Notes: generated from the letters alone by a model not told the origin. A stretch of DNA of 64,000 nucleotides from Octopus sinensis (GCF_006345805.1 NC_043005.1:34472001-34536000); one strand, 5' to 3'. Positions 1 to 11,065 are shown, counted from the stretch's first letter. Numbers and translations are program-made.

Positions 1-2289
1 GCAAATAATTTTGTTTTGAAATCATGTGTTGGAATAGATGTTATAATTTGGAAGGGTTTTTTTTTTTTTTTTGCCAATATGACGAAGATTCCCTCAGAAT
101 CTATAAAGACAGTTTATAGCTTTTACCAAGATACCATGTATAGCTTATATAACAAACGTGGAAAGAAGTGAAAATTAGAAGTATTTTCTTATTCAATGTT
201 GATATCTTGTAGATTTATGTTTTAAATAGATACAGTCATTTTTGAAGTTTATTCTTTGTTTCTGGTAGAAATGTAACAAATGGGTTTAAGATTGAGGATA
301 AGGCATAATTTCTCTCCAACATATTAGTTAAAATTATGAAATAATTTTTAAATATCTATGGTTTATTTATATATTGAAAATAGCAGATATTTGTTGGTAA
401 AATTATCTTCAACAATTAAGTATTCTATTGTTGCAGTGTGTATTATGTGCATATATATATATATGATGATAAATATTGGATCATATCTAATTGCAGGCAA
501 ACTCTTGGGAAATAGATATGCATTCACTTTAAAATGTTACTTTGAAGAAGTTCTATTCTCTCAGTATAGATTGTCTATCTACCATCATTATCTCAATGTA
601 AATTCATTCACTTCATTTAACTTTTATTTCTATAAATAATGTGTGATTCTTAGTTGCTAGCATACAATTCCATAACTTTCTAGCAAGTCTATATTTCATA
701 TAATTATAAATAGTATTTAAGATCTCAAATAGATGAATGTATGTGCATATAGGTATGGTATGCATGTATATAGCATATGACTGCATGTTTAAATACAGCA
801 TTAAGCCATAAGTTATTTATCTTCTTAATAAAACAAGGTCATTTTTTAATTTAGATTCTTCATAATGTACGTATCCTTTTAGTCAATTCATAAATAGTTG
901 AAATCAAACTTTTAATGATTATTTTTCTTGAAATCTTAGATCTGTCTACAAGAATACAGAATTTACTTCTTGAACTAAACTTAAACTCTTTGAGTATTTA
1001 ATCTGTCACCCTTTATGAAAAATACTTCTACCCTTATGCACCACAGTTTAGCTCCTCTAGACTGAAATGATTGAACCAATATGCACAGTGTTTGTTTTCA
1101 GTTGCAAATGTTATAACTTTTGTAGCTACTAATATTTAACTATAGTATGGGTCTGTTCTTTATTCATTAATAAATTGTCAGATTAACTAATAAAGAGGTA
1201 CCGTGTGTGTGTGTGTTATTTTGAGCAAGTGACTTCTATTGTAGCTCTGTGCTGACTGAAGCTTCATGAGTAGATCTGGTAAACAATAACTGAAAAAATC
1301 CTGCTATACATACATATATATGTGTGAATGTGTGTCTGTGTGTGTTAGTGTCTCCTTATCTTGACATCAAAGGCTAACTGTAAATGAATGTCACTGCCAT
1401 ACAAACAACATCTTTTGTTTCCAATCTGCTGTGAAAGCAAGTCTGGCCATATGAAGATATTACCTTACTTGGAAATAGGTGAGGATTGACTAGAGGAAGA
1501 CATTTGACTGTAGAAAATCTGCTTCAACAAATTCTGTTCAACCTATGTGAGCATGGAAAAGTGGAAGTTAAAATAAAGATGTATGTATGTATGTACACAC
1601 ACGTGTGTGTATATATATATATATATATATTTATATTAAAAACAGGGAAGGCCGGTTTATGAGATTACGTTAGGTTTCCTATCCATAAAGGGTTTAGATG
1701 TATGGCATATCATCAAATCCCAAAATCCTGTTGGCCCATGACGGCTTTAAAATATGGAGGGTGAATGCATCACTACTTATGTGTATGTGTGTAAGTGTGT
1801 GTGAATACACACACACACACCACACACACACACAAATGCATGCAGTCAACTATATCATCATTGCCATCCTGCTGCTCCCCTTTCTCACTCTCTTCTGCAT
1901 CCCTCTACCTTTCACAATTCATGCATCATATAATCATCCCCCCATACCTTTACTTCCAGTCATTCCATACCTCTTTATCCATCATTTCCTGCATCCACCA
2001 TCTCCTTGTTTTCATCACCCCATATACTCTTGGAAACACCCAACTCTCACTCCTAGTTCCCCTGCTCCCACTCCCTTCTACTCCTCTCTCACCTTAAGAG
2101 GTCACCTGAACACCTAACCACCACTATTTATCTTTTTGCAGCTCCACCTGGTTATTCTTGCCCCTAGCAGCCATATGCTTTATCCCTTCCTCTCCTACTT
2201 TAACTTCTCATCGCCCAGCATAAAGCTGACCCATACCCATCTCAGGGTTCATTGTCTTGTAAGCTGCATGATAACTTCATCAGTATTGG

Positions 2290-2475
2290 TGGCATGAAAT
2301 AAACACCCAATACATGGTGTAAAATGGTTGGCATTAGGAAGGACATCCAGCCATAGAAACCATGCAAAAGTAGACACTTGAGTACAATGCAGTCCTTGGA
2401 TACATCTTATCCTGTCAATCTGTCCAACCCATGCCAGCATGAAATGTGAACATAAATTAACGACAATTATGAAGA
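2290..2475 (+). mobile_element. Degenerate RTE-type 3' tail (SINE/LINE 3' end)
   Basis: Similar to the reverse complement of 2476-2640 (ggttggcattaggaag..catccagc..ccaacccatgccagcatg), forming a tail-to-tail pair. Confidence 0.7.
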
Positions 2476-3974
2476 TATATATATATCATCATCATCATCA
2501 TCATCGTTTAACGTCCGCTTTCCATGCTAGCATGGGTTGGACGGTTCAACTGGGGTCTGGCAAGCCCGAAGGCTGCACCAGGCCAGTCAGATCTGGCAGT
2601 GTTTCTACAGCTGGATGCCCTTCCTAACGCCAACCACTCCGAGAGTGTAGTGGGTGATTTTATGTGCCACCGACACAGGTGCCAGACGAGGCTGGCAGAC
2701 GGCCACGCTCAGATGGTGTTTTTTATGTGCCACCGACACAGGTGCCAGACGAGGCTGGCTGACGGCCACGCTCGGATGGTGTTTTCTTATGTGTCACCGA
2801 CACAGGTGCCAGACGGGGCTGGCGGACGGCCACGCTCGGATGGTGTTTGTTACGTGCCCTCAGCACGGAGGCCAGTCGTTGCGGTACTGGCTACGATCAC
2901 GTTCGGATGGTTTTCTTATGTGCCACCGGCACTGGTACCACAAGGATACAAATTCCATTGATGTTCATCTATTTTGATTTGGTTCGATTTGATTTGATTT
3001 GATTCGATTTGATTCTCACTTGCCTCAACAGGTCTTCACAAGTGTCACAAGAAGGAAGGTATGCACAGGTGGACTGACTACGTCCCAGGTAGGGGCCACG
3101 GATTAGTTAGAAAATCCACAAATATCCTCAGGAAGATGGCCCTGCTCGATCTGTAGAAAAGGTGTAGGTAGAAACTCTATAAGATGTACCCAGTGTAAGC
3201 TATGGACACATAAGAGGTGCAGCAATGTCAAAGGTAGGCTAACTGGGAAGATAGTTTTTGTATGTGGCAGATGCTCTGGAGCATTGACCTCCGAAAATCT
3301 GCAGAAAACAACTTCCGTCACTTTCCGGGGGGAAAAACTAGAAGTAGTTGATAGCTTCCGCTATCTAGGAGACCAAGTCAGTAGTGGGGGCGGGTGCACT
3401 GAAAGTGTAACTGCTAGAATAAGAATAGCCTGGGCAAAGTTTAGGGAGCTCTTACCTCTGCTGGTGACTAAAGGCCTCTCGCTCAGAGTAAAAGGCAGAC
3501 TGTATGATGCATGTGTACGAACAGCTATGCTACATGGCAGTGAAACATGGGCCGTGACTGCTGAGGACATGCGTAAGCTTGTGAGGAGTGAAGCCAGTTT
3601 GCTCCAATGGATGTGTAATGTCAGTGTACTTACTCGACAGAGCGTTAGTACCTTGAGAGAAATGTTGTACCTAAGAAGCATCAGTTGTTGTGTGCAAGAG
3701 AGACGATTGCGCTGGTATGGTCATGTGGCGAGAATGGATGAAGATAGGTGTGTGAGAAAGTGCCAATCCCTAGCAGTTGAGGGAACCCGTGGAAGAGGTA
3801 GACCCAGGAAAACCTGGGACGAAGTGGTGAAGCACGACCTTCGGACGTTAGGTCTCACCATGGAAATGACTAGAGACCGAGACCTATGGAAGTATGCTGT
3901 GCGTGAGAAGACCCGGCAAGACTAGTGAAGCCATAATCCGTGGCCCCTACCTGGGACGTAGTCAGTCCACCTGT
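2476..3974 (-). mobile_element. RTE-clade LINE, 5'-truncated with internal inversion: 3' UTR on - (2476-3105), RT/PHD/thumb coding part on + (3106-3974)
   Basis: (CAT)n tail at 2476. Three ~60-bp tandem units in the 3' UTR. + strand ORF reads ...VDSFRYLGDQVSSGGG...YDACVRTAMLHGSETW...RRLRWYGHVARM...RGRGRPRKTW. A 41-bp inverted duplication lies at 3065-3105 / 3934-3974. Confidence 0.92.
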
Positions 3975-3979
3975 AGAGA

Positions 3980-4310
3980 GTGCAGGCATGGCTGTGTGGT
4001 AAGAAGTTTGCTTCCTAACTACATTGTTCTGTGTTGAGTCCCAGTGTGTGGCACCTTGATCAAATTTCCTCTACTATAGACTCAGGTCGACCAAATCCTT
4101 TTGAGTTAATTTGATAGATGAAAACTGTGTGCCAGTCCCCCATCACCACTTGACAACTGAACTTAGTAGTTCAGCAAAAGAGACCAATAGAATAAGTACC
4201 AGGCTTTAAAAAAATAAGTAATGGGGTCAATTCATTCAACTAAAAATTCTTCATGGCGGTACCCCTGCATCATCATAGTATAATGACTGAAACAAGTAAA
4301 AGATAAAAGA
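3980..4310 (+). mobile_element. tRNA-derived SINE (major family, same as 50436-50842)
   Basis: Head gcaggcatggctgtgtggtaagaagtttgcttcc and tail taatgactgaaacaagtaaaagataaaaga match other copies in the window. Confidence 0.85.
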
Positions 4311-5263
4311 CATGTATCTATACACACACACACACCCATACATTTTTTTTTTATATTCTGTTATATACATTTTAATATGTGTTGGTTCTAGTTTTGAAAA
4401 TGAATGTATTTAAGATTTAGTGATTTTTACAAGTAAATTCCAAATATATCTCTGCACTCTAACCATATAGGAATGCCAAGTCTAAAAAAAAGACCAGAAT
4501 TAATCAATTTCTATGATATGTTATAAGAACATTTTCCTAATTCAGGGATTCCTCTTTACACGTCTTGCTGTTAAGTTATTTAGCCACTATGTTATTATAA
4601 ATGCTAGTATTTTTGTGTAAATGAAGTTTAGGCTGTGTAGCTGATTAAATAAGGGTTCCCCAGACTAGAGCATTAATTGAAATACTAAAATAATTCTTTG
4701 TAGATGAAATCATTTAACCAATTGTTGCCAATGGTTGTTAGTTGGCAATAACAGTGGAGCAGTGGACTGAATGCACTGTAGTGTTTAGTAAAGTTTGACT
4801 CTTTCCAGTATTGGTTCTTGAATCTGCCTGAGTCACTTTGTCTTTTAGCCATAAAGGCTTAATTAAATAAATATCACTTATATACAACCAATTAATTCAA
4901 TTCAATATATTTCCTTAATTACAAAGATTAATTTCTTACATTCAACCATTGATTACCAATTTCAAAGGAAAGGGACATAGTTGATTAAATCAAACCTACG
5001 TTAACAGTTTTCCTCCTCAAGAGGGATGAAAGACAAAGTGGGCTCAAGCTGATTTGAACTCTGAAACTAAATATTGAAGGCATGTAGTCTGGCAGAAACT
5101 CTACCATTTTTACCGCTCTACTGCTTTTATATTATTATTATTTATATAGACAGCTTCTATGGACATCCAAAGTAGGATTTTTGATGTATTTTTTTTATTG
5201 CAAGTTTACTTTGCGCATGAATATTTACATTGCTCATGATACAATGAATTGAAAATACTCTCT

Positions 5264-5270
5264 TTATATG

Positions 5271-5319
<49 letters not shown>

Positions 5320-5566
5320 ATATATGTATATATGAATGATATATATATATGCATATATATATGTATGAATGAATGTATATATATATATATATCGATACAT
5401 ACAAATGGATGGATGTATATATATGAATGAATGTGTGTGTGTGTGTGTGTGTGTGTATATGGATGATTATTATATATATATATATATATGTATATGAATG
5501 AATGTCTGTATATGTATATATATGAATAAATGAATGTACATATATATATATATATATATATATGTA

Positions 5567-5614
<48 letters not shown>

Positions 5615-5615
5615 G

Positions 5616-5676
<61 letters not shown>

Positions 5677-5720
5677 CGAATATATATAAATGTATATATA
5701 TGTATAAATATATATATATA
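5264..5720. repeat. Compound (TA)n/(TG)n/(TATG)n microsatellite
   Basis: Direct reading; source of spurious YIYI ORFs. Confidence 0.97.
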
Positions 5721-6998
5721 CGAGGGGCGTTCAATAAGTAATGCCCCTGACCCACTTCCCATAGCAGTAGAGCAACGAAACTTGGCACAGTTATTAGTCT
5801 TTTTCTACATAGGAACCACCCAAAGTAACGCATTTCTCCCATCGTTTGATGCGACTCTGGAGACCGATTTTGTAGAAGAACCCAGCTTGGTCCTCCAACC
5901 TCAACGTGACTTCAGAAATCAAGGCTGCATCATCTGGGAAACGTTTTCCTTTCAAAAACAACTTCATGATTGGGAAGAGGTGAAAATCAGAGGGTGCAAG
6001 GTCAGGAAAGTAGGGGGGATGAGGAGGAGTTCATAGCCATACGCCTGTGCTTCTGATCTGGCGACAAGCGAGTTGTGGACCGGAGCATTGTCCTGCAGGA
6101 GGAGGATGCCTTTGCTGATCTTGATTTTGATAACTTCTCTTAATTTCCTCAAAAGTGAAGCATAATAGGCTCCTGCAATTGTGGTACCCTTTGCCAGGAA
6201 ATCTGTCATTACTACTCTGTCCTGGTCCCAGAAGACTGTGAGCATGACCTTGCCAGTGGAGGGCTGCACCCTTGTCTTCTTTGGAGGGGGTGAGTCACGG
6301 TGCTTCCACTGCATTGACTGGGCTTTGGTCTCTGGATCATCGTGATGGACCCAGGTTTCATCCTGTGTAATCAGTCTTTTGAAAAATTTTGACTCATCTT
6401 CTTGGCACATCTCCAAATTCACCCTCGAGCACTCGACGCGTTCTTGCTTCTGGAAAGGCGTGAGCAACCTGGGAATCCATCTGGCAGACAACTTTTGCAT
6501 ATGCAAATGGTCATGAATGATAGTTTCCACAGACCCGGTACTAATCTTGACCTCATGGGCTATTTGGTGAATAATTATGCGTCGATCTTCCAAAATGGCA
6601 GCCTCAACTTGACGGACAGATGCCTCATCAATGGCAGAAGGGGGCGACCAGATCTGGGAGCTGTTTCCACAGAGTTCCGACCATGTTTAAATTCACAATG
6701 CCAGCGTTTTACAAGGTCATATGATGGGGCATCATCACCATAAGTTACTTTCATTTCATCAAAAGTCTCCCGTGGTGTGCGTCCTTTCAAATACAAAAAC
6801 CGGATCACTGCTCGACACTCAACAGGCTCCATTTCACACTTGACTCGGTTCAAACACCTGTAAATCAGAAACCACAATTAATTCAGAGCTGTAATTTGCC
6901 ACTTACTCTATAGAGATGTAAATGATTGCACATGCAAAATTTCAGGTAGATCAAACAACTGCAAGTGGGTCAGAGGCATTACTTATTGAACGTCCCTC

Positions 6999-6999
<1 letters not shown>
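5721..6999 (-). mobile_element. Full-length mariner transposon with frameshifted transposase (ATG 6832 to stop 5794)
   Basis: 37-bp TIRs (5721-5757 / 6963-6999, 2 mismatches) and TA flanks. WIPRLL, DETW, QDNAPVH and [12 protein letters not shown] motifs; at least two frameshifts. Confidence 0.96.
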
Positions 7000-7035
<36 letters not shown>

Positions 7036-7067
7036 CATACACACATATAAATGAATGTGTATGTTTG

Positions 7068-7123
<56 letters not shown>

Positions 7124-7312
7124 ATATGAATGTGTATGTATATTTATATATATATATATATGAATGTGTATGTATATTATATATATATATATATATATAA
7201 ATGAATATGAACGTATGTATATATATATGAATGTGTATGTATATTATATATATATATATATATATATGAAGAAATGAATGTATGTGTGTGTATGTATATA
7301 TATCAATGTATA

Positions 7313-7354
<42 letters not shown>

Positions 7355-7410
7355 ATATATATATGAATGTGTGTGTTTGTGTGTGTGTGTATATATATAT
7401 TTATATATAA
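7000..7410. repeat. Compound (TA)n/(TGAATG) microsatellite
   Basis: Direct reading. Confidence 0.95.
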
Positions 7411-7575
7411 GGGAGAGTGTGATTAATGTTGCAGTTTGAGCAGCTCGCATTTCTGTTACCCAGTATATGTTGCAAAATTTTTCTTTTAATGCAAAGCGTC
7501 ACTGTTAATAATTAGTTCCTCTAAAGTTTCAATATGTGATAGTTAATGTTGTATTAAACTTATTTTTCTTAACAG

Positions 7576-7801
7576 GTCTCAGGTTCTTCCAATGTTTTAG
7601 CTGCTTCTCCACAGGACCGCAATGTTCTGTCTGTAACACCTGATAGGATACACCTTAGCTGTTCCAACCCTAACTTGATCACATATGAACAGGAAAAAAG
7701 CCGACCACATAGCATTTCTGAATTTTCCTCACTTACCAATCATGAACAACGAATCAAAGAAATTAAGTTGAGAGAAATGTTTCTGAATCGAGCACAATCT
7801 G
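7576..7801 (+). CDS. OSBPL3/6/7: OSBP-related protein (ORP3/6/7 subfamily), first visible exon: VSGSSNVLAASPQDRNVLSVTPDRIHLSCSNPNLITYEQEKSRPHSISEFSSLTNHEQRIKEIKLREMFLNRAQS
   Basis: Polypyrimidine tract plus AACAG acceptor, open frame, G|GTGAGT donor. HLSCSNPNL resembles LHSSNPNL of ORP3/6. Phase 1 matches the next exon. An alternative acceptor at 7583 cannot be excluded. Confidence 0.85.
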
Positions 7802-7859
7802 GTGAGTCATCATTTTACTTTACTGTTGTAGTTTCTCTAAATTTTACAAAGTAATTAGA

Positions 7860-8010
7860 TGCAGGTGTGGCTGTGTGGTTAAAAAGCTTGCTTCTCAATG
7901 AAGTGGTTCCAGGTTCAGTCACTCTATAAGCAATTTTGGGTAAATATCTTATACTATACCAAAGCCTTGTCAGTTGATTTAGTAGACAAAAACTGAAAGA
8001 TACTAGTAGT
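7860..8010 (+). mobile_element. tRNA-derived SINE 5' half (major family)
   Basis: gcaggtgtggctgtgtggttaaaaagcttgc...gttccaggttcagtc...aactgaaaga. Confidence 0.8.
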
Positions 8011-8754
8011 ATATATTAGTGTGTTGATATGTATATATGTATTAGAAAGAAGTTAATTGATAATTATATGTGCATATAAACTGCTTAGCTGTATAGGCAA
8101 TTCATAAGAGTCTGGCCAAGGTTTATAGATGCAAAACTAATGGTCACTATGACTAGCCATAGCAGTTAACTCCCTAAAAAATATATTACTGCTTCAATTT
8201 CTTAGAGTGTACTTCTTTTTCAGATATATGAACTACTGATGATATATATATATATATATATATATATATCATCAGTAGCCCCCTCCTCTCATCATCTAAC
8301 ACCTGCTTCCTATCCACCACCTCTCCTCATTGATACCAACCAACCCACACACACCCATCCCACACCCTACCCCCACCACCTGACACCACTCCTCACACAC
8401 TAGCTGTGGTCACTTCCTAGCACCCACACCACACACCATCATCCACACACCCACACAATCTTCAATAGTATCACCACACATACCACTGTATGACCAGCTG
8501 CATATTAGAGATGCACACACTTACACACACACACTTATACATGTCAAAGTCACTAGCCCCTATTCATACATACACACACAGAATTCTCACATTGACACAC
8601 ACATGCACATGCACCTTCATTTGGGATCACCAGTACTCTGTTATCTCCATTTCTTCCAACCTCTTCTTTCTGACTTTTTCCTAATCATTCACCATGTTTG
8701 ACCGCTAAATCTACAGGTTATTTTCATTCTCTCTCTGTTTATTTTCTTTTATTC

Positions 8755-8790
8755 CTTTCTGTTGAAGAGCGTAGGCTTGAAATGTAAAAG
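8755..8790 (+). ncRNA. Degenerate minimal type I hammerhead ribozyme-like motif in a repeat tail
   Basis: CUUU-CUGUUGA-A-GAGC-guag-GCUU-GAAAU-GUA-AAAG. Stem I and stem II can form; core A6 is U and C15.2 is U. Confidence 0.5.
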
Positions 8791-8892
8791 ACATCTTCAT
8801 TTTCCCGAGTGTCAAACTAATACACCTGCTTGTTGTTCATACATTTGTCTTCATCTTTGTTTTTCTGTAAATTTCAACTATATATATATATA

Positions 8893-9149
8893 AATTTGCC
8901 CTTTTAAAACCTAGCCTGGCTCATGGGCCCGGTTTCCTGGTTTCCATGGTGTATGTGTTCCCAAGCTGGATGGGACGCCAGTCCATTGCAGTGTTACTTA
9001 TTTTTGCAAGCTGAGTGGACTGGAGCAATGTGAAATGAAGTGTTTTGCTGAAGAACACAACGCATCGCTCAGTTCAGGAATTGAAACCACAATCTTACGA
9101 TCATGATGCTGACACCCTAACCACTAAGCCACGCACCTCCCCATTTATA
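8893..9149 (-). mobile_element. tRNA-derived SINE with conserved central domain (second family)
   Basis: Minus strand begins ggaggtgcgtggcttagtggttagggtgtc (A box), gtttcaattcc (B box), then ttgtgttcttcagcaaaacacttc..attgctccagtccactcagc..gatggactggcgtcccatcca-like domain. Confidence 0.8.
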
Positions 9150-9347
9150 TATATACATACACACATACATATTTTATGTATAAACAAAACCATTCATCCC
9201 AACATGGGGTTCTCATACATTTCCCAGGTCCAATGATTAAATATAATTCTAACCAGAATTTCATTCATTCCCTTTTCTTGATACAGTTTTGTTGGAGTCT
9301 ACCTTATTATTTTGTGGTGAATTATCTTGGTTTGTAACATAATTTAA

Positions 9348-9560
9348 CCCTTTTCATACCAGTCAGCCTCCCCAAATCTTCACCTGAAGCCATAATACAA
9401 AATTTTTGCTTTCATGGATTTTAATTAATTTTTTTTGTCATGTTCTAAACACTAGTTTAATAATGAAAAACTTTTAAATTCCTAATAATTCTTGATTATT
9501 CTCAAAATTAATTGAAGCCCATCAATAGTGTATATCATTATTTCATATATGGCAATGAAA
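9348..9560. mobile_element. piggyBac-type (TTAA) MITE, degenerate
   Basis: TTAA|cccttttcatacc left end. Related to the MITE at 63248-63469. Right end decayed. Confidence 0.5.
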
Positions 9561-9612
9561 AAGAGAAAAAAGTTTAAATGTTCCACTAATATTTTTTCTT
9601 CCTTTCTTTTAG

Positions 9613-9746
9613 TTCATGACATACTCAAGTCATTGGTTAGAATGGTATCCACAGAAAGAGATCGTTTGAAACAAGCTCTTGAACAGAATGTTATTGCTCA
9701 AAATAATAGTAACAATATCAGCTCCCTCAAAGAATCAATGGCTGAG
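9613..9746 (+). CDS. OSBPL3/6/7: ORP3/6/7-like exon: VHDILKSLVRMVSTERDRLKQALEQNVIAQNNSNNISSLKESMAE
   Basis: TTTTAG acceptor, GAG|GTAAAC donor. STERDRLKQ resembles SAEREKLKQ of ORP3. Phases 1 to 0. Confidence 0.9.
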
Positions 9747-10026
9747 GTAAACATTTTAATGCTTTTCTTCCCATTTCTTCTGTAAAATAGCTTTATTGTT
9801 TTTTTTTTTTCCAGTTCCAAAAGTGTGTATCTGTGCTCTATAAAAATATATTAGAATATATTCTAAATAATATAAAAAATGTTATATGTTTCTGTGTTTA
9901 TCTAGTACTTGTATTTTAAGTGTTTATTTATTTCATTTTAAAAATAACCATTAGTTTGTTTAGAAAGGGGTTTATATATACATTATTTACATTAAATGGA
10001 TATTTGTCCTCATCTTGTTTGTTGTT

Positions 10027-10072
10027 AACACAACGTTTCGGCTGATACACCCTCCAGCCTTCATCAGGTGTC
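10027..10072 (-). ncRNA. Minimal type I hammerhead ribozyme motif (Penelope type), core intact
   Basis: GACAC-CUGAUGA-A-GGCUG-gaggguguau-CAGCC-GAAAC-GUU/GUGUU: 5-bp stem I, 5-bp stem II and loopless palindromic stem III (AACGUU). Confidence 0.8.
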
Positions 10073-10224
10073 TTGGAGAAATTTCGAACCTGGGTCCTCA
10101 TTCCTAAGGTATTTTTCGATGTTATTATTATTATGGGCATATGGTGTAGTGGTTAAGCGTGCAGGCTACTAACCCCAAGATTCTGAGTTCAATTCCAAGC
10201 AGGGACCTGAATAATAATAATGAT

Positions 10225-10255
<31 letters not shown>

Positions 10256-10302
10256 TCGAAAAATACCTTAGGAATGAGAACCCAGGTTCAAAATTTCCCC
10301 AA

Positions 10303-10348
10303 GACACATGATGAAGGCTGGAGGGTGTATCAGCCAAAACGTTGTGTT
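10303..10348 (+). ncRNA. Hammerhead motif copy with core mutations (C3>A at 10308, G12>A at 10336)
   Basis: GACAC-AUGAUGA-A-GGCUG...CAGCC-AAAAC-GUU-GUGUU, otherwise identical to the minus-strand copy. Confidence 0.75.
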
Positions 10349-10745
10349 AACAACAAACAAAATGAGGACAAATATCCATCAAATGTAAATAATGTACATA
10401 ATTCCTCATCTCTTAAATATAGAACTGGGTTTATATAGTGCAAATGAACATGGGCATAATTACACCCATAGCAGTTTGTAAAGTGTGTTTAAAATTATAA
10501 ATGGTGCTGTGAGTAACATGAATTAAAGTTATTTTTTTTAAATTGAAAAGGAAAAAAAATGGAAGAAGTAAAACCATTTGGATATGAAGGTCCTATATCA
10601 AAATATGAAATTATATTTTACATAACTGATAGAGCATCAGTTGTGTAGCGGACTAGAAAATTAACAACAATATGGAGTTCAGAATAGTATTTCATTTTCT
10701 ATTCTATTGGAGACTTCAGTTCTTTATTGCTATATGTCTCTGAAG

Positions 10746-11065
10746 CAGTGATTCCCAATCCTTTTGATTTCATGGAACAATGGCGGTCAATTAAGAAAGT
10801 CACATATTTAATCTAGAAGCATGTTTTAGCGAAAAAGTGCTGTTTTAATTTTTTTTAATTTAAATAAACTATTGAAAACTATTGCATATTTGTTTTATTA
10901 ATCATATGTGTATGATAATAAAATTAGGTTTTTGAAGACAACCAAGCAATAATTTGGATTTTATAAACCTTTAAATTATAACTAAAAAAATTTAAGGTGC
11001 ACCTACATGTCCATGGTTCTTTATAATGCATCAGTGTGCTACAGTATATTGTTTAAGAATCGCTG
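10746..11065. mobile_element. hAT (Charlie-like) MITE
   Basis: TIRs cagtgattcccaa / ttaagaatcgctg. 8-bp flanks ctctgaag / ctttaaac (5/8 identical). Confidence 0.55.

Larger units (their letters stand above)
9979..10426 (+). mobile_element. tRNA-headed, hammerhead-tailed short retroelement with inverted 5' copy of its tail (single insertion)
   Basis: 11-bp TSD gggtttatata (9968-9978 / 10427-10437). tRNA-like head 10135-10209 with A box (10142-10152) and B box (10185-10196), then an (AAT)n spacer. Tail ~10240-10426 is also present inverted at 9979-10134. Confidence 0.88.

Noticed and set aside
940-993. Possible upstream OSBPL exon (DLSTRIQNLLLELNLNSL, AG...GTATTT)
   Set aside because: Weak splice signals and no recognisable similarity to ORP3/6/7. 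Needs RNA evidence.
2524-2977. Cys/His-rich repeated ORFs (MCHRHRCQTRLADGH), also 25928-26380, and a CRISPR-like look of the ~60-bp units
   Set aside because: They are the antisense reading of tandem units in the RTE 3' UTR. There are no unique spacers and the context is eukaryotic.
5157-5842. Long [12 protein letters not shown] ORFs (also 18134-18812, 24043-24644, 30637-31024, 55872-56406)
   Set aside because: Translations of TA/CA/TG microsatellites, which lack stop codons by composition. Not genes.
10135-10209. tRNA gene (also the heads at 9149, 50436 and others)
   Set aside because: A and B boxes are present but there is no complete cloverleaf or acceptor stem, and each is fused to repeat bodies. 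These are SINE heads.
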